NCBI GenBank assembly: GCA_041753395.1
Contig: JBGSUQ010000001.1
Span: 221,948-285,947, forward strand
Direction: 5' to 3'
Length of the DNA stretch: 64,000 nucleotides
From: Spirochaetota bacterium
GTDB taxonomy: Bacteria > Spirochaetota > UBA4802 > UBA5550
Part shown: piece by piece, positions 18,744 through 28,466 of the stretch
Layout of the letters: each line of letters opens with the position of its first letter
Numbering within the stretch: position 1 is the stretch's first letter
Translations under genes and position numbers: made by a program
The notes under the pieces: generated by a model
Database searches by the model: none
Told to the model about the DNA's origin: nothing
Seen by the model: the letters and a program-made list of their open reading frames with translations, nothing else

Positions 18744-20219
18744 ATGTTTAAGTCAAGAGTGGTTTCATTAGCATTAGTGGCAATCATAATAGGTCTCGTT
18801 TATACCGATGGGTATCCCTGCGATGTAGCGGTCGTCTCGGCCCGCGTTTCCACGACGGGAAGGCCCTTTATATGGAAAAACAGGGACTGCTCTGCCAGCT
18901 GGCACCAGGAGATTAAATACTTCAATGCGGTCACCGAAAAGGCAGGCGCCTATATCATGGTTATCGGCTTTGACGATGTGGCTGAATTGAACAACGGCAC
19001 CCCGGTCAATCCGTCAGGCGGAGTTAACGAGGCTGGCTTTGCCATATCGTGTACATCGGTTTATGAAGAGTTTAATCCGCTCCATGAGTTGTTCAACATC
19101 AATACCGACCTGATACGGCACGCTCTTCAAGAGTGCGCCACCCTTGAGGATTTCGATGCACTGCTCAAGCGCTTTAAATACGAGCATTTCGGCAAGATCA
19201 TCAGCGGCAACTTCGTCGCCATTGACGCCAGGGGGGGAGCGGCTCTCTATGAATGCTTTACCGGAAACCTTTTCGGTATCCTCCGTCCGGTCATGTTCCG
19301 GAAATACAACGCAAACAACGGCAGGGTCACGGAATATAACGGTATTTACACCTACACCAGGAATCAGGGCAATGGAGACAAGTTCATAGGCTTTGTCAAC
19401 CGGGCCAATGCGAACACATACATTCCATGGAATTACGGCGAAGAGCGCCGCTGGAGAGCCCAGGATATATTGACCCAGCTGGCATCCTCGGGAAGGCTTA
19501 ATTACCGGAACTGCATGACGGAAGTGGCCAAGGACATCTACGGCAAGCAGGTTGACGGATACGGGAACGAGGTCGACCAGGCCAGCCGACAGGAGAACTA
19601 CAGCTCAACCTACTGCATCAGCCGTGCAGCGACCCGGCTTGGCATGGTGGTTGACGGTGTTGCCCCCGGTGAAGATCCCCGCCTGAGCACCTTCTGGTGT
19701 GTCCTGGGTGAACCATCCACCGGCGTTTTCATCCCCTACTATGCGTACGCGGGAGAGGTCTCATGGCTCGCCTGGATCGACGGCATTGATATCGACGGAA
19801 CCCAGTACGACATGACAGACGCATCAATGCTTGCACGGGCGGCCAACCGGCGCGAGATCTACGAGAACCTCATATACGATTCAAACAACGGCGACGCCCT
19901 GTGGGGAATGGAAGACAAAACCATGAACAAGACCGAGCTCATGAAGGTGCAGAATTGGACTGGTCCGATCGAGGATTTCATCTTCCAGAAAAACGAGGAA
20001 CTGCTCGCCGACATGGCCATCAACCCTTCTTATCTAACACCGCAGAATTTGAGGGATTTTTCCCACTACTGTGCCGCATACGTGTACAGCAATTATAACG
20101 AGGAATCGGCTGAAAAATATGCCTGGACCTTTACCAAGCCATGGAACCCGGCCTGGGTCGGCTACACCAGGGGCGGATTCCAGAATGACGGGCTGACCTC
20201 CGTAGCTCCCGGATTGTAG
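18744..20219 (+). CDS. Secreted protein, putative N-terminal-nucleophile (Ntn)-type hydrolase (Cys directly after the signal peptide; choloylglycine hydrolase- or peptidase C45-like)
   Basis: 491 aa with a signal peptide MFKSRVVSLALVAIIIGLVYTDGYP|CDVAVV. The Cys is followed by a beta-strand-like segment and GRPFIWKNRD, resembling the Cys...R..D arrangement of linear-amide C-N hydrolases. A GGAGGA SD precedes it. The family assignment is tentative. Confidence 0.45.
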   Translation: MFKSRVVSLALVAIIIGLVYTDGYPCDVAVVSARVSTTGRPFIWKNRDCSASWHQEIKYFNAVTEKAGAYIMVIGFDDVAELNNGTPVNPSGGVNEAGFAISCTSVYEEFNPLHELFNINTDLIRHALQECATLEDFDALLKRFKYEHFGKIISGNFVAIDARGGAALYECFTGNLFGILRPVMFRKYNANNGRVTEYNGIYTYTRNQGNGDKFIGFVNRANANTYIPWNYGEERRWRAQDILTQLASSGRLNYRNCMTEVAKDIYGKQVDGYGNEVDQASRQENYSSTYCISRAATRLGMVVDGVAPGEDPRLSTFWCVLGEPSTGVFIPYYAYAGEVSWLAWIDGIDIDGTQYDMTDASMLARAANRREIYENLIYDSNNGDALWGMEDKTMNKTELMKVQNWTGPIEDFIFQKNEELLADMAINPSYLTPQNLRDFSHYCAAYVYSNYNEESAEKYAWTFTKPWNPAWVGYTRGGFQNDGLTSVAPGL

Positions 20220-20302
20220 GTGGGCAGCGGCCAGAATTTAAGCCTTGCAAGCGGCATTGTCAAATTCTTCGGCAGGTAAGAACGATTAATAGACAGGTAC
20301 AG

Positions 20303-21367
20303 ATGATTCCAGCATTAAAATTCAACCATGATGACCGTCCTGAAAACAGCGTGGCCGGCACAGTGAACCGGCAGGCGCCCGAATCGGGGACCATGCCATC
20401 GGGCGGCCCGGTGAAGCAGTTTGCGAAGAGGATGATCCCGTGGCTCGTCGGCGGCGCCATTCTGGCGTACCTGGTATGGCGGATAGAGGTCACGCCCCTG
20501 CTTGAGGCGCTTACCCACGCGGACGTGCCCCTGTACATGCCGGTTCTCACCGCCTTCATCCTGGTGAATTTTTTCGCCGATACGCAGAACCTGAACGCCC
20601 TCCTGAAATATGCAAGGAGCCCCATTCCTTTCCGCGACAGCATGATCATACGTGGCGCTTCATACCTGCTGATGATCATAGACTACACGCTGGGAATGGG
20701 CAGTATCGTCTATTACCTTAAGAAATACATGAATGTGCCAATTGCTCGCGGGACTGGATCAATGCTCTTCCTGAACTATATCACCCACGTGTCCCTTCTG
20801 ATACTGGCGATCGCAGGATGCCTGATGGCTGCCGCTTCAGGAGCGCTTTCAATGCTGCTGGCAAACATCGCTCTTACCTTCACTGTGCTGCTGGCCCTTG
20901 CCATTATCGCCATACTACTCATGAAAATGCTCCCGGACTGGTCTTTCCTGAAGAAAATCAAGCATAGCGAGCTGATGCAAATCTTCATCGAAAGCCCGTT
21001 GAGCGTCTATCTCATGAACACGCTCTATCGGTGCGGCTTCTATTTCACCTTCATCCTGTTCTTTTATATCGCGGTCAAGGCCTTCAACATGGACATACCA
21101 TTTTTCGAAATGACCGCCTATGTCCCGGTCATACTGCTGGTGATCAGCATTCCCATATCGGCCTTCGGCCTGGGAACGTCACAGGCGGCAATGCTTATCC
21201 TGTTTAAAGATTATGGTTCACCGGCCCAGATACTGGCCTTCAGCCTTACCTACTCGGCTTCCATAATCATTTTCAGGGGCATAATCGGCGCCTGTTATTA
21301 TGGCATTATCACAAAACGAGTTACATATAAATACAAAGCAAATTTGTTGAGAGGAGAAGTCTCATGA
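20303..21367 (+). CDS. Polytopic membrane protein, PF03706-like (lysylphosphatidylglycerol-synthase TM / UPF0104 flippase-like family)
   Basis: 354 aa with about 8 predicted TM helices. The YYLKKY motif is shared with the PF03706-like protein at 53113..54141. The start is uncertain, with alternative ATGs at 20393 and later. Confidence 0.5.
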   Translation: MIPALKFNHDDRPENSVAGTVNRQAPESGTMPSGGPVKQFAKRMIPWLVGGAILAYLVWRIEVTPLLEALTHADVPLYMPVLTAFILVNFFADTQNLNALLKYARSPIPFRDSMIIRGASYLLMIIDYTLGMGSIVYYLKKYMNVPIARGTGSMLFLNYITHVSLLILAIAGCLMAAASGALSMLLANIALTFTVLLALAIIAILLMKMLPDWSFLKKIKHSELMQIFIESPLSVYLMNTLYRCGFYFTFILFFYIAVKAFNMDIPFFEMTAYVPVILLVISIPISAFGLGTSQAAMLILFKDYGSPAQILAFSLTYSASIIIFRGIIGACYYGIITKRVTYKYKANLLRGEVS

Positions 21368-22455
21368 AAAAAATCTGGTTAATGTCGATTGTCGCATGTA
21401 TCCTTTCTCTCCTGGCTTTCGGATGCAACAAGGCCGAAACGGAAGATATAATCACGGAAATAGCAAAGAAAAATTCAAAAGCGCCGACCAACAACGGCGC
21501 CAACAATGAAGGTTACGGCACCATTATCCCCGGTGAAGAGAACGGTAACGGAAACGGCACTGGAACCGAACCTCCCGCTGCTGACAGCATACGGCTGGTA
21601 TTTGCCGGCGACACCATACTGTCCGGCAAAGTCAAAGATGTCGTGATCAGCAACGGAAACGGTAACTACCAGTACCTATTCCAATATGCCGGTGATTATC
21701 TGCGGAACGCGGACCTTGCCTTTATAAACCTTGAAAGCATCATTACCAGCGAAGGAACCTCAGAGAACAACTCCGCCTTAAGGGCCGATCCGGCCGCGGT
21801 CAACGGATTGACATACGCCGGAATCGATGTTGTATCAGTCGCCAATGACCATGCCTTTGATTACGGCAGGACTGGTTTTGACAGCAGCCTGCAAAACATG
21901 AAAAATGCCGGGATTTCATGCATCGGCGGCGGGACCTTTGAGGAGTCCTATACCGCTAAAATAATCGATGTCAAGGGGACCAGGGTGGCCTTCCTCGCCT
22001 TTACCAACCTGGGGAATGAATATAGCGTCAGGGCCCAGCAGAATGACCCGTCCCAGGGTTTGAGCGCGAGAACGGGCGTTGCGTGGTACTACATGAAATA
22101 TGTCGGCCCTGCCATCATCAGCGCTAAAAAACAGGCTGATATCGTTATCGTGTCTCTTCATATGGGCAAAGCGGGAGAGAAGCTTCCGAATCTGTCCCAG
22201 GATAAGCGTGCCCACTACTGCGTGGACCAAGGTGCAAGCCTTGTGATCGGCCATCATCCCCAGGTCATCCAGCCGGTAATGGTCTACATCAAGGGGCATA
22301 TCGCGTATTCGCTAGGGAACTTCATCACCGACCAGGAGGGATTTGATGCGAAAAAGGGGATCATTCTGGAAGTCGTGGTCAGCAACAAACAGATCGCGAA
22401 AATCAACCGGAAATACGTTTATATCAACAGCAACTATCAGCCGGTGGTACAGTAG
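21364..22455 (+). CDS. CapA-family protein (metallophosphatase-fold protein of the poly-gamma-glutamate-capsule CapA/PgsA family), lipoprotein
   Basis: 363 aa. Lipobox LLAFGC. LVFAGDTILSG, VVSVANDHAFDYG and SLVIGHHPQVIQP match the CapA / PGA_cap motifs. The ATGA overlap and a GGAGAAG SD indicate coupling with the upstream gene. Confidence 0.7.
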   Translation: MKKIWLMSIVACILSLLAFGCNKAETEDIITEIAKKNSKAPTNNGANNEGYGTIIPGEENGNGNGTGTEPPAADSIRLVFAGDTILSGKVKDVVISNGNGNYQYLFQYAGDYLRNADLAFINLESIITSEGTSENNSALRADPAAVNGLTYAGIDVVSVANDHAFDYGRTGFDSSLQNMKNAGISCIGGGTFEESYTAKIIDVKGTRVAFLAFTNLGNEYSVRAQQNDPSQGLSARTGVAWYYMKYVGPAIISAKKQADIVIVSLHMGKAGEKLPNLSQDKRAHYCVDQGASLVIGHHPQVIQPVMVYIKGHIAYSLGNFITDQEGFDAKKGIILEVVVSNKQIAKINRKYVYINSNYQPVVQ

Positions 22456-22460
22456 TAATC

Positions 22461-23627
22461 ATGACAGGGTCCGGGATCAATAAGAGAATGAAAGAGAAAA
22501 CAGCAGCGGGAAAACTCCAGGACAAGCTGGCTGATCTGATACCGCTCCGGCACTTTATTGTAACCGGATATACCCGAAACGGACTCTTTCTTCTAATCAA
22601 GGCCATGGGTTGGGAACGCAGCGCCGAGATCATCGTCCCGGCCTTTACCTGCCCGGTAATCAGGCACACCATCGCCGAAGCCGGGCCTGTCCCGGTCCCG
22701 GTTGATGCCGAAGACAACGGAATAAATATCGACCCTGACAAAATAAACCCTTCGATCACCGGCAACACAAAAGCCATATATGTGGTACACACCTATGGAA
22801 TGATCGCACAAATTGAAAAGATATGCGCGATAGCGAAAAAGCATAACCTGATGGTCATCGAGGACCTTGCGCATGCCCCCTTCTCGCTCTACAGGGACAG
22901 ACAGCTCGGGACTTATGGAGATATCGCGCTGTTAAGTTTTACGAAAAAATTGGTCAATTTCGAAGGCGGCGCCATCGGGACCAATGATGCGGCATTATAC
23001 GCAAAAATGGTGATGCTGCAAAAGGAGTATGAACGCAAGCGTTCATACTCGCTCAATTCTTTCATCGAAATATTTGTCCGTCTGGTCGGTTCATGGTGGG
23101 AGAGCAGCTTTTCCTTTATAGCGCTGTTAATAATGAAACTGAATGATGCCATAAACACGCTTGTGTACAAAGGATCCTACGGCATGTCAATTGACAGCGC
23201 GGCTTTTACCGCAAGCGAGAAAGGATGCCGCATAACATTGCGCCAGATCGACCGTCTCTTCAATACATACCGCGGGTATAACGGCCATTACCTGGAACAT
23301 GCCGCCGCGGCATCGGACATCCTTATCTGCAAGCCGTACCAGAACAGTAATGACACCCTGCCTTTCTATATCACGGGCATTCCGGCCGGCAGGAACAGGC
23401 TGTACCGGCTACTGTCATTTAGAACATGGCACAACAGCAACAAGCCGGGTTCGTACCCCCGCGCGGATTACCTGTATGAACATTACAGAATATTCTCAAG
23501 AGCAGTACGGCGGTTTCTTCCGGAGCGGAAGGGCGGCATAATCCGTTTAATACAGAAGCATGATTCCGTATCACAAAAAAAGAATATGAAACAACCAACC
23601 TTATCAAGCAAAAGAGGGATCATATGA
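22461..23627 (+). CDS. DegT/DnrJ/EryC1/StrS (ArnB-like) PLP-dependent aminotransferase
   Basis: 388 aa. IIVPAFTCPVI...TKAIYVVHTYGMIAQIEKICAIAKKHNLMVIEDLAHA...YGDIALLSFTKKLVNFEGGAIGTND aligns motif for motif with the DegT family, including the PLP-lysine region. Confidence 0.8.
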   Translation: MTGSGINKRMKEKTAAGKLQDKLADLIPLRHFIVTGYTRNGLFLLIKAMGWERSAEIIVPAFTCPVIRHTIAEAGPVPVPVDAEDNGINIDPDKINPSITGNTKAIYVVHTYGMIAQIEKICAIAKKHNLMVIEDLAHAPFSLYRDRQLGTYGDIALLSFTKKLVNFEGGAIGTNDAALYAKMVMLQKEYERKRSYSLNSFIEIFVRLVGSWWESSFSFIALLIMKLNDAINTLVYKGSYGMSIDSAAFTASEKGCRITLRQIDRLFNTYRGYNGHYLEHAAAASDILICKPYQNSNDTLPFYITGIPAGRNRLYRLLSFRTWHNSNKPGSYPRADYLYEHYRIFSRAVRRFLPERKGGIIRLIQKHDSVSQKKNMKQPTLSSKRGII

Positions 23628-24667
23628 AACTCGTACAAGAAGCTATTGCCAGAACAGTTGAAAGAGATGAAAATATCCAGGTGGCCATTACCTGCCGGGA
23701 TAATTTCCTCGTTGAGCACCAAGGATTCAATTATTATCTGATTGACCTCAAGAACTCCGATTACTCGATTCTCGACGAGATCATCAGCGGGTGCGAGGCC
23801 GTTGAGAACGACACATGGAAAGCGCAAGAAGATTTTTTTGATTACATCAAGAAGAGCGATATCCTGGTCTATGCCGAAAAGAATGGGCGGATTGTCGGAT
23901 TCAACCTTGTCTCCCTGCTCCTCATCAACGAATACTGCTTCTACACGGTGGATGAAGCAATGGTCCTCAGGGCGTTTCAGGGCAACAACATCGCCCGCAA
24001 TATCGTTTCAGCCACGCTATGGTGGTTCCTGAAAATAATCGACCTGGACAAAGCGGTTAAAAAATGCGTCTTTGTATCAATTTCCAGCAATCCCAGGGTC
24101 GTAAATAATTATTTCAAGAATAAATATATCACGCGGACCATGGACAACTCCTTTTATCCATCCGAGAACCTGATAGCCGTGCACCGCGCCTATCTTGCCA
24201 AAAACAATTTTGAGCTTGTTGACACCAGTTACCCCTTCTGCGTGAAAAACCTCTTCCCCGGATCTCAGCAGCTTGACTGGACCAATAAGAAATATCAATT
24301 CCTTGATGAAGTGAAAAAACTGATGCCAGGTGAATTTGAGCATACAAAGCGCGGGGACGCCTGGGCATTCATGGTCGTTCCCAGCAAGCGTCTGTCTTAT
24401 TTCGCGATACGGGCCACCGTGCTTGCCTTTTTCGGAACGAAGTCCCTGCTGCATAAAAAAATCGGCCTCCTCAGGAACAAGAAGAACCTGGAGACAAGGC
24501 CCGAGCTGACGAGAATCAGGCTCATTGACGGCAAGTTTTTTGACGTTCACAATAATGAAAGGCGGAGGACCGAACGCAGGGTTCTTAATAGCGGATGTGA
24601 CGTGACGGGGATAGACCGGCGGATTACCGATAGGAGATTATCCCTTCAGGCAGATTGCGGGAAATGA
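23624..24667 (+). CDS. Hypothetical protein with an N-terminal GNAT-like acyltransferase fold and an Arg-rich C-terminus
   Basis: 347 aa, overlapping the upstream gene by ATGA. ILVYAEKNGRIVGFNLVSLL...RAFQGNNIARNIVSA resembles GNAT motif A. The C-terminal ~50 aa (RRRTERRVLNSGCDVTGIDRRITDRR) are highly basic. Confidence 0.4.
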   Translation: MKLVQEAIARTVERDENIQVAITCRDNFLVEHQGFNYYLIDLKNSDYSILDEIISGCEAVENDTWKAQEDFFDYIKKSDILVYAEKNGRIVGFNLVSLLLINEYCFYTVDEAMVLRAFQGNNIARNIVSATLWWFLKIIDLDKAVKKCVFVSISSNPRVVNNYFKNKYITRTMDNSFYPSENLIAVHRAYLAKNNFELVDTSYPFCVKNLFPGSQQLDWTNKKYQFLDEVKKLMPGEFEHTKRGDAWAFMVVPSKRLSYFAIRATVLAFFGTKSLLHKKIGLLRNKKNLETRPELTRIRLIDGKFFDVHNNERRRTERRVLNSGCDVTGIDRRITDRRLSLQADCGK

Positions 24668-24734
24668 CGGTTGCCGTGTCAATCTTCACACGCGTATATT
24701 GCGCAGTAACTTTATCGATCACTGATTCCAGAGG

Positions 24735-25973
24735 TTGACTTTGACCGCCAGATTGCAGAACATTTGGGACAAACCCTATTCCCGGGTTCTTTCAGTAAAT
24801 GAACGTCTGTGGCTTGCGGCCGATACTATGAACCCTCCTTTCGCGATACAGATGATTTGCGAGGGCTGCGGAACTATCGATACCCGGGAATGGCGGAAAG
24901 CCGTTGAACTGGCCAGCGCAGCAAATCCGGGAAGCCGCTTGAGGCTGAAGGGCCTGCTCACTTCATGCCGATGGGTTGATTCCGAAACAGCGCCACCGGT
25001 ACTGGAAGTCGACGGTAGTGCATGGTCCGGTTACAGCCCCGAAGGCGCCCCCTTCCTGGAAAAACCATTTAATGTCGTCGACGGCCCCACCTGTGAAGTG
25101 CTCATCATCCACGGAAATCCCATCCGTATCGCCTTCCGGGCTCATCACGCCGTCATGGACAATCACGGCATCATATTCTGGGCCGAAGAGATATTCCGGG
25201 CCCTCCAGGGCAAGCCGCTGCGCGGGTCCTATTCCCGAGCGACGGACTGGGACGTGGCAAGATCGTTCCAGTCCGGATACCGCAAGCCCTTTCCGCACGA
25301 TAACCTCTCCATCACCGGGAAGGCTGAAGGCATTGAGTCGGGAACCGTGTGGGGACGCAGGAGCGTCCCCGGGCATTTCCAGAAGCTGCTTGCCCAGGTG
25401 GCGTACCATACGGCACAGGAGGCCCGCCGCCATGGAGAGGGAAATGTGCGCTTTGCCATCCCCATCGACCTCAGGTCACGCATCCAGGGGCTGCAGTCAA
25501 CGGGGAACCTCTCCATCGGCATCTATATTGATGTGAGGCCCGATACCACAATAGATGAAATCGGCTGGGACATCGCCTGGCAGCTCAGGGAAAAACGAGA
25601 CTGTATGATCGACCGGTGGGATTTCCTTTACCGGTATATCCCGATCAGCATCCTCGGACAGGAAGGCACAAGAAGAATTATTGATCACCATAGCAAAGGC
25701 CTTTACAGCATGTCAGGCCTAATAAGCAACGCCGGCAGGCTCAATACAAAGCATTTCTCCGGCGGCGGCTTTGAATGCGGTTCCATATTCGCAATCCCGC
25801 CGTATTTCTCATATCTCCCGCTGCTGCTATGGCTTTACGGAACCGGTGATTCCGTTGAGCTGGTCTATGCCGCGCCGCGGGTCCTGGCGACACAGGGCAG
25901 GCTCGACGCCGCCATTGACCGAATTGTCTCGGCATTAATGCCCGCCAGCTACATGCCGGTCTATCGTGCCTGA
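24735..25973 (+). CDS. Stand-alone condensation-domain-like acyltransferase (HHxxxDG superfamily: NRPS C-domain / WS-DGAT / PapA-like), paralog 1 of 4
   Basis: 412 aa; TTG start (alternative TTG at 24741 after GAGG). PPFAIQMICEGCGTIDTREWRKAVELASAANPGSRLRLKG...NPIRIAFRAHHAVMDNHG. The HHxxxD motif sits near residue 137, as in condensation-type acyltransferases. It is about 45-55% identical to the next three ORFs. Confidence 0.7.
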   Translation: MTLTARLQNIWDKPYSRVLSVNERLWLAADTMNPPFAIQMICEGCGTIDTREWRKAVELASAANPGSRLRLKGLLTSCRWVDSETAPPVLEVDGSAWSGYSPEGAPFLEKPFNVVDGPTCEVLIIHGNPIRIAFRAHHAVMDNHGIIFWAEEIFRALQGKPLRGSYSRATDWDVARSFQSGYRKPFPHDNLSITGKAEGIESGTVWGRRSVPGHFQKLLAQVAYHTAQEARRHGEGNVRFAIPIDLRSRIQGLQSTGNLSIGIYIDVRPDTTIDEIGWDIAWQLREKRDCMIDRWDFLYRYIPISILGQEGTRRIIDHHSKGLYSMSGLISNAGRLNTKHFSGGGFECGSIFAIPPYFSYLPLLLWLYGTGDSVELVYAAPRVLATQGRLDAAIDRIVSALMPASYMPVYRA

Positions 25974-25985
25974 AAAGGAATAATC

Positions 25986-27200
25986 ATGCGCAGGCATAGC
26001 CCAGATGATCCCTCCCCGGTCAGGCCCCTCTCAATAGCTTCACGGTTATGGGTCGCCGCCAATACGATCACACCGCCCTTCGCGAACCAGGTCATAGTGG
26101 AAGGCACCGGGTACTTCAACGCCGATGAATGGCGTACGGCCGTCCGCATAGCGTCGGAAGCAAACCCGGGCGCCAGACTTGTCCTGAAGGGGTGTCTCGG
26201 ATCAAGCCGATGGATCGATACAGGGACCACGCCGCCAATCAGGGAAGTTGACGGCTCCTCATGGGACGGGCTGGGATCGGATGGTGCGCCCTTCCTCAAG
26301 CAGGATTTCAATCCACGAAAAGGACCCAACAGCGAGGTACTGCTGATGCACGGAAACCCGGCCCGGGCCGCCTTCCGGAGCCACCACGCAGTCATGGATG
26401 GCAGGGGAACCATGACCTGGACGGAAGACATTTTCCGGGTCCTCCGCGGCGAGAAACCGCTCGGCTCTGAATACGCCATGATTGAAAACAACCTCCTGAA
26501 TCTGAGCCGGGGGAAAAGGAGCAAGCCGCTGCCTCACCAGTATATCGGCCCGACAGGGAAAGCCGACGGAACCGAAATAGACCTTGCTTGGAAGAGGGTA
26601 ACGCTCATCGGCAAATATCCCCGTCTTCTCGCGCGGGTGCTGTTCCTCACGGCCCGGGAGGCGTGGCGCCATGGCGACGGCAAGGTCAGGATCGGCATTC
26701 CCGTCGATCTCCGTTCCCGCCGCGAAGGCCTCCGTTCCACCAGCAATCTCACAAACGCTATTTATATAGACATTGACCGGAAAGCGACTGTTGACGGGAT
26801 AGCAGATGATATCGCACGGCGTCTTTCAATTCGTGCGGACGGCGAAATCACCTGGGAGGACCTCATCATCAGCTATGTGCCGGTCAATATCCTTGCCAGG
26901 GCCATCAGGAACGAAGGGAGAGGCAACCAGAGATCGGGCCGTTTTCGCTTCTCCGGTTTCGTCTCAAACCTGGGCCGCCTGGACAGTGCCGCCTATTCAT
27001 GCGGTAGCTTCTCCGCGAGCGCGTATTTCGGGGTCCCCGTGTGCGCTCCCATCCTTCCCTTCAGCATGACCCTGTCCGGCCTTGGCGGCAGGATAGAGAT
27101 GCTCCTCATGATGCCCCGCAACATGGCAACCGGCGGCAGGCTTGATGCCGCCCTCGGCAGGATCGCGGACGGTCTCTCACAGACCGACATACGCCAATAA
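25986..27200 (+). CDS. Stand-alone condensation-domain-like acyltransferase, paralog 2 of 4
   Basis: 404 aa with an AAAGGAA SD. PPFANQVIVEGTGYFNADEWRTAVRIASEANPGARLVLKG...AAFRSHHAVMDGRG. Confidence 0.7.
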   Translation: MRRHSPDDPSPVRPLSIASRLWVAANTITPPFANQVIVEGTGYFNADEWRTAVRIASEANPGARLVLKGCLGSSRWIDTGTTPPIREVDGSSWDGLGSDGAPFLKQDFNPRKGPNSEVLLMHGNPARAAFRSHHAVMDGRGTMTWTEDIFRVLRGEKPLGSEYAMIENNLLNLSRGKRSKPLPHQYIGPTGKADGTEIDLAWKRVTLIGKYPRLLARVLFLTAREAWRHGDGKVRIGIPVDLRSRREGLRSTSNLTNAIYIDIDRKATVDGIADDIARRLSIRADGEITWEDLIISYVPVNILARAIRNEGRGNQRSGRFRFSGFVSNLGRLDSAAYSCGSFSASAYFGVPVCAPILPFSMTLSGLGGRIEMLLMMPRNMATGGRLDAALGRIADGLSQTDIRQ

Positions 27201-27204
27201 AAGC

Positions 27205-27233
27205 TTGACAATAGGTTTTTTGAATAATTATAT
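27205..27233 (+). promoter_or_regulatory. Near-consensus sigma-70 promoter (TTGACA-N17-TTATAT) in a short AT-rich island between paralogs 2 and 3
   Basis: aagcTTGACAataggttttttgaataaTTATATatttag. The -35 box is a perfect TTGACA with a 17-bp spacer, 20 nt upstream of ATG 27254. The surrounding DNA is about 60% GC. Confidence 0.5.
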
Positions 27234-27253
27234 ATTTAGATATCAGACTCAAC

Positions 27254-28432
27254 ATGCAAAAACCATACACCAGAAAACTTTCATTCAATGAGCGTATTTT
27301 CGTCGTTGCGGACCGGCTCTATCCGCCCCTGGCGAATCAGTTTATTTTTGAGGGAACCGGTGTCATTGATAGTGACAGCTGGCACGCTGCCGTTGAAGCC
27401 GCATCCGAGGCAAACCCGGGAAGCCGCGCAGTCCTTAAAGGAGCGCTGAACACCTGCCGCTGGGTGGATACGGGCATAACTCCCCCCATCATCGAGGTTA
27501 AGCAGGACAGGCAGGAATGGGACAAACCGGAGACCGTGCCCTATTTCACCAAACCCCTGTCCCCGGAAAAAGGCCCGACATGCGAAGTGGTTCTCGTCAG
27601 CGGCGACCCGCTGCGTGCCATCTTCCGGACCCACCACGCCCTCATGGACGGCATGGGCACCTTTGTCTGGGTGACGGACATTTTCCGTGCGCTGCGGGAC
27701 GAACCCTGCATCGGCTCTCAATCGACCATTACTGACACCGAACTGGCGTGGAGTTTTCAAAAGAAAATGAGGAAACCGTATCCCACCGAGCATATAGCGC
27801 CTACCGGCAAGGCCGAAGGGAGTGAAACCGGCATCATCACCCGCCGCATCCGCGTCAGTGGGCGGTTCCACAACCTCCTGGCACAGGTGGCTCTGCAGAT
27901 AGCGCGGGAAGCGTGGAGCCAGGCCGACGGCGTTGTCAGGCTCGGTATCCCTGTTGATATGCGGCCCCGCATGCCGGGCCTGGTATCAACGGCCAATCTT
28001 ACCTACGCCATCTATATAGAAATCAATAAGGACTCGACCGCGGATTCGATAGCCGGGGACGTGTCCCGCCAGCTCCAGGAAAAGCGGGAAGGTATGCTTT
28101 CCCGCGGCGATGACATGGCGCGGTACGTGCCGATGCGGGTCCTGGAAAAACTGGCCAGGAAAGTAATCGACAGGAGGCACGCGAACAGCATTTACAGCCT
28201 GTCCGGCATCATTTCCAACGTGGGAAGGATAAAACTCCAGCACTACCGTGGCGGCGGGTTCGAGCCGACTGCCTTCTGGGGCATACCGCCCGTCAACGAC
28301 TATGTTCCCTTTTTCATAGGCCTTGGCGGATATGATGACATTGTCGAGCTGGTGCTTTCCCTGCCCCGGCGGCTTGCGACCCGCAACCGTATCGACGGAT
28401 TGCTGGAACGAATAATCGCGTCGTTGAAATAG
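27254..28432 (+). CDS. Stand-alone condensation-domain-like acyltransferase, paralog 3 of 4
   Basis: 392 aa. PPLANQFIFEGTGVIDSDSWHAAVEAASEANPGSRAVLKG...AIFRTHHALMDGMG. Confidence 0.7.
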   Translation: MQKPYTRKLSFNERIFVVADRLYPPLANQFIFEGTGVIDSDSWHAAVEAASEANPGSRAVLKGALNTCRWVDTGITPPIIEVKQDRQEWDKPETVPYFTKPLSPEKGPTCEVVLVSGDPLRAIFRTHHALMDGMGTFVWVTDIFRALRDEPCIGSQSTITDTELAWSFQKKMRKPYPTEHIAPTGKAEGSETGIITRRIRVSGRFHNLLAQVALQIAREAWSQADGVVRLGIPVDMRPRMPGLVSTANLTYAIYIEINKDSTADSIAGDVSRQLQEKREGMLSRGDDMARYVPMRVLEKLARKVIDRRHANSIYSLSGIISNVGRIKLQHYRGGGFEPTAFWGIPPVNDYVPFFIGLGGYDDIVELVLSLPRRLATRNRIDGLLERIIASLK

Positions 28433-28466
28433 AACCTATCAGCCGCGGTATACATACAATTCCGAC

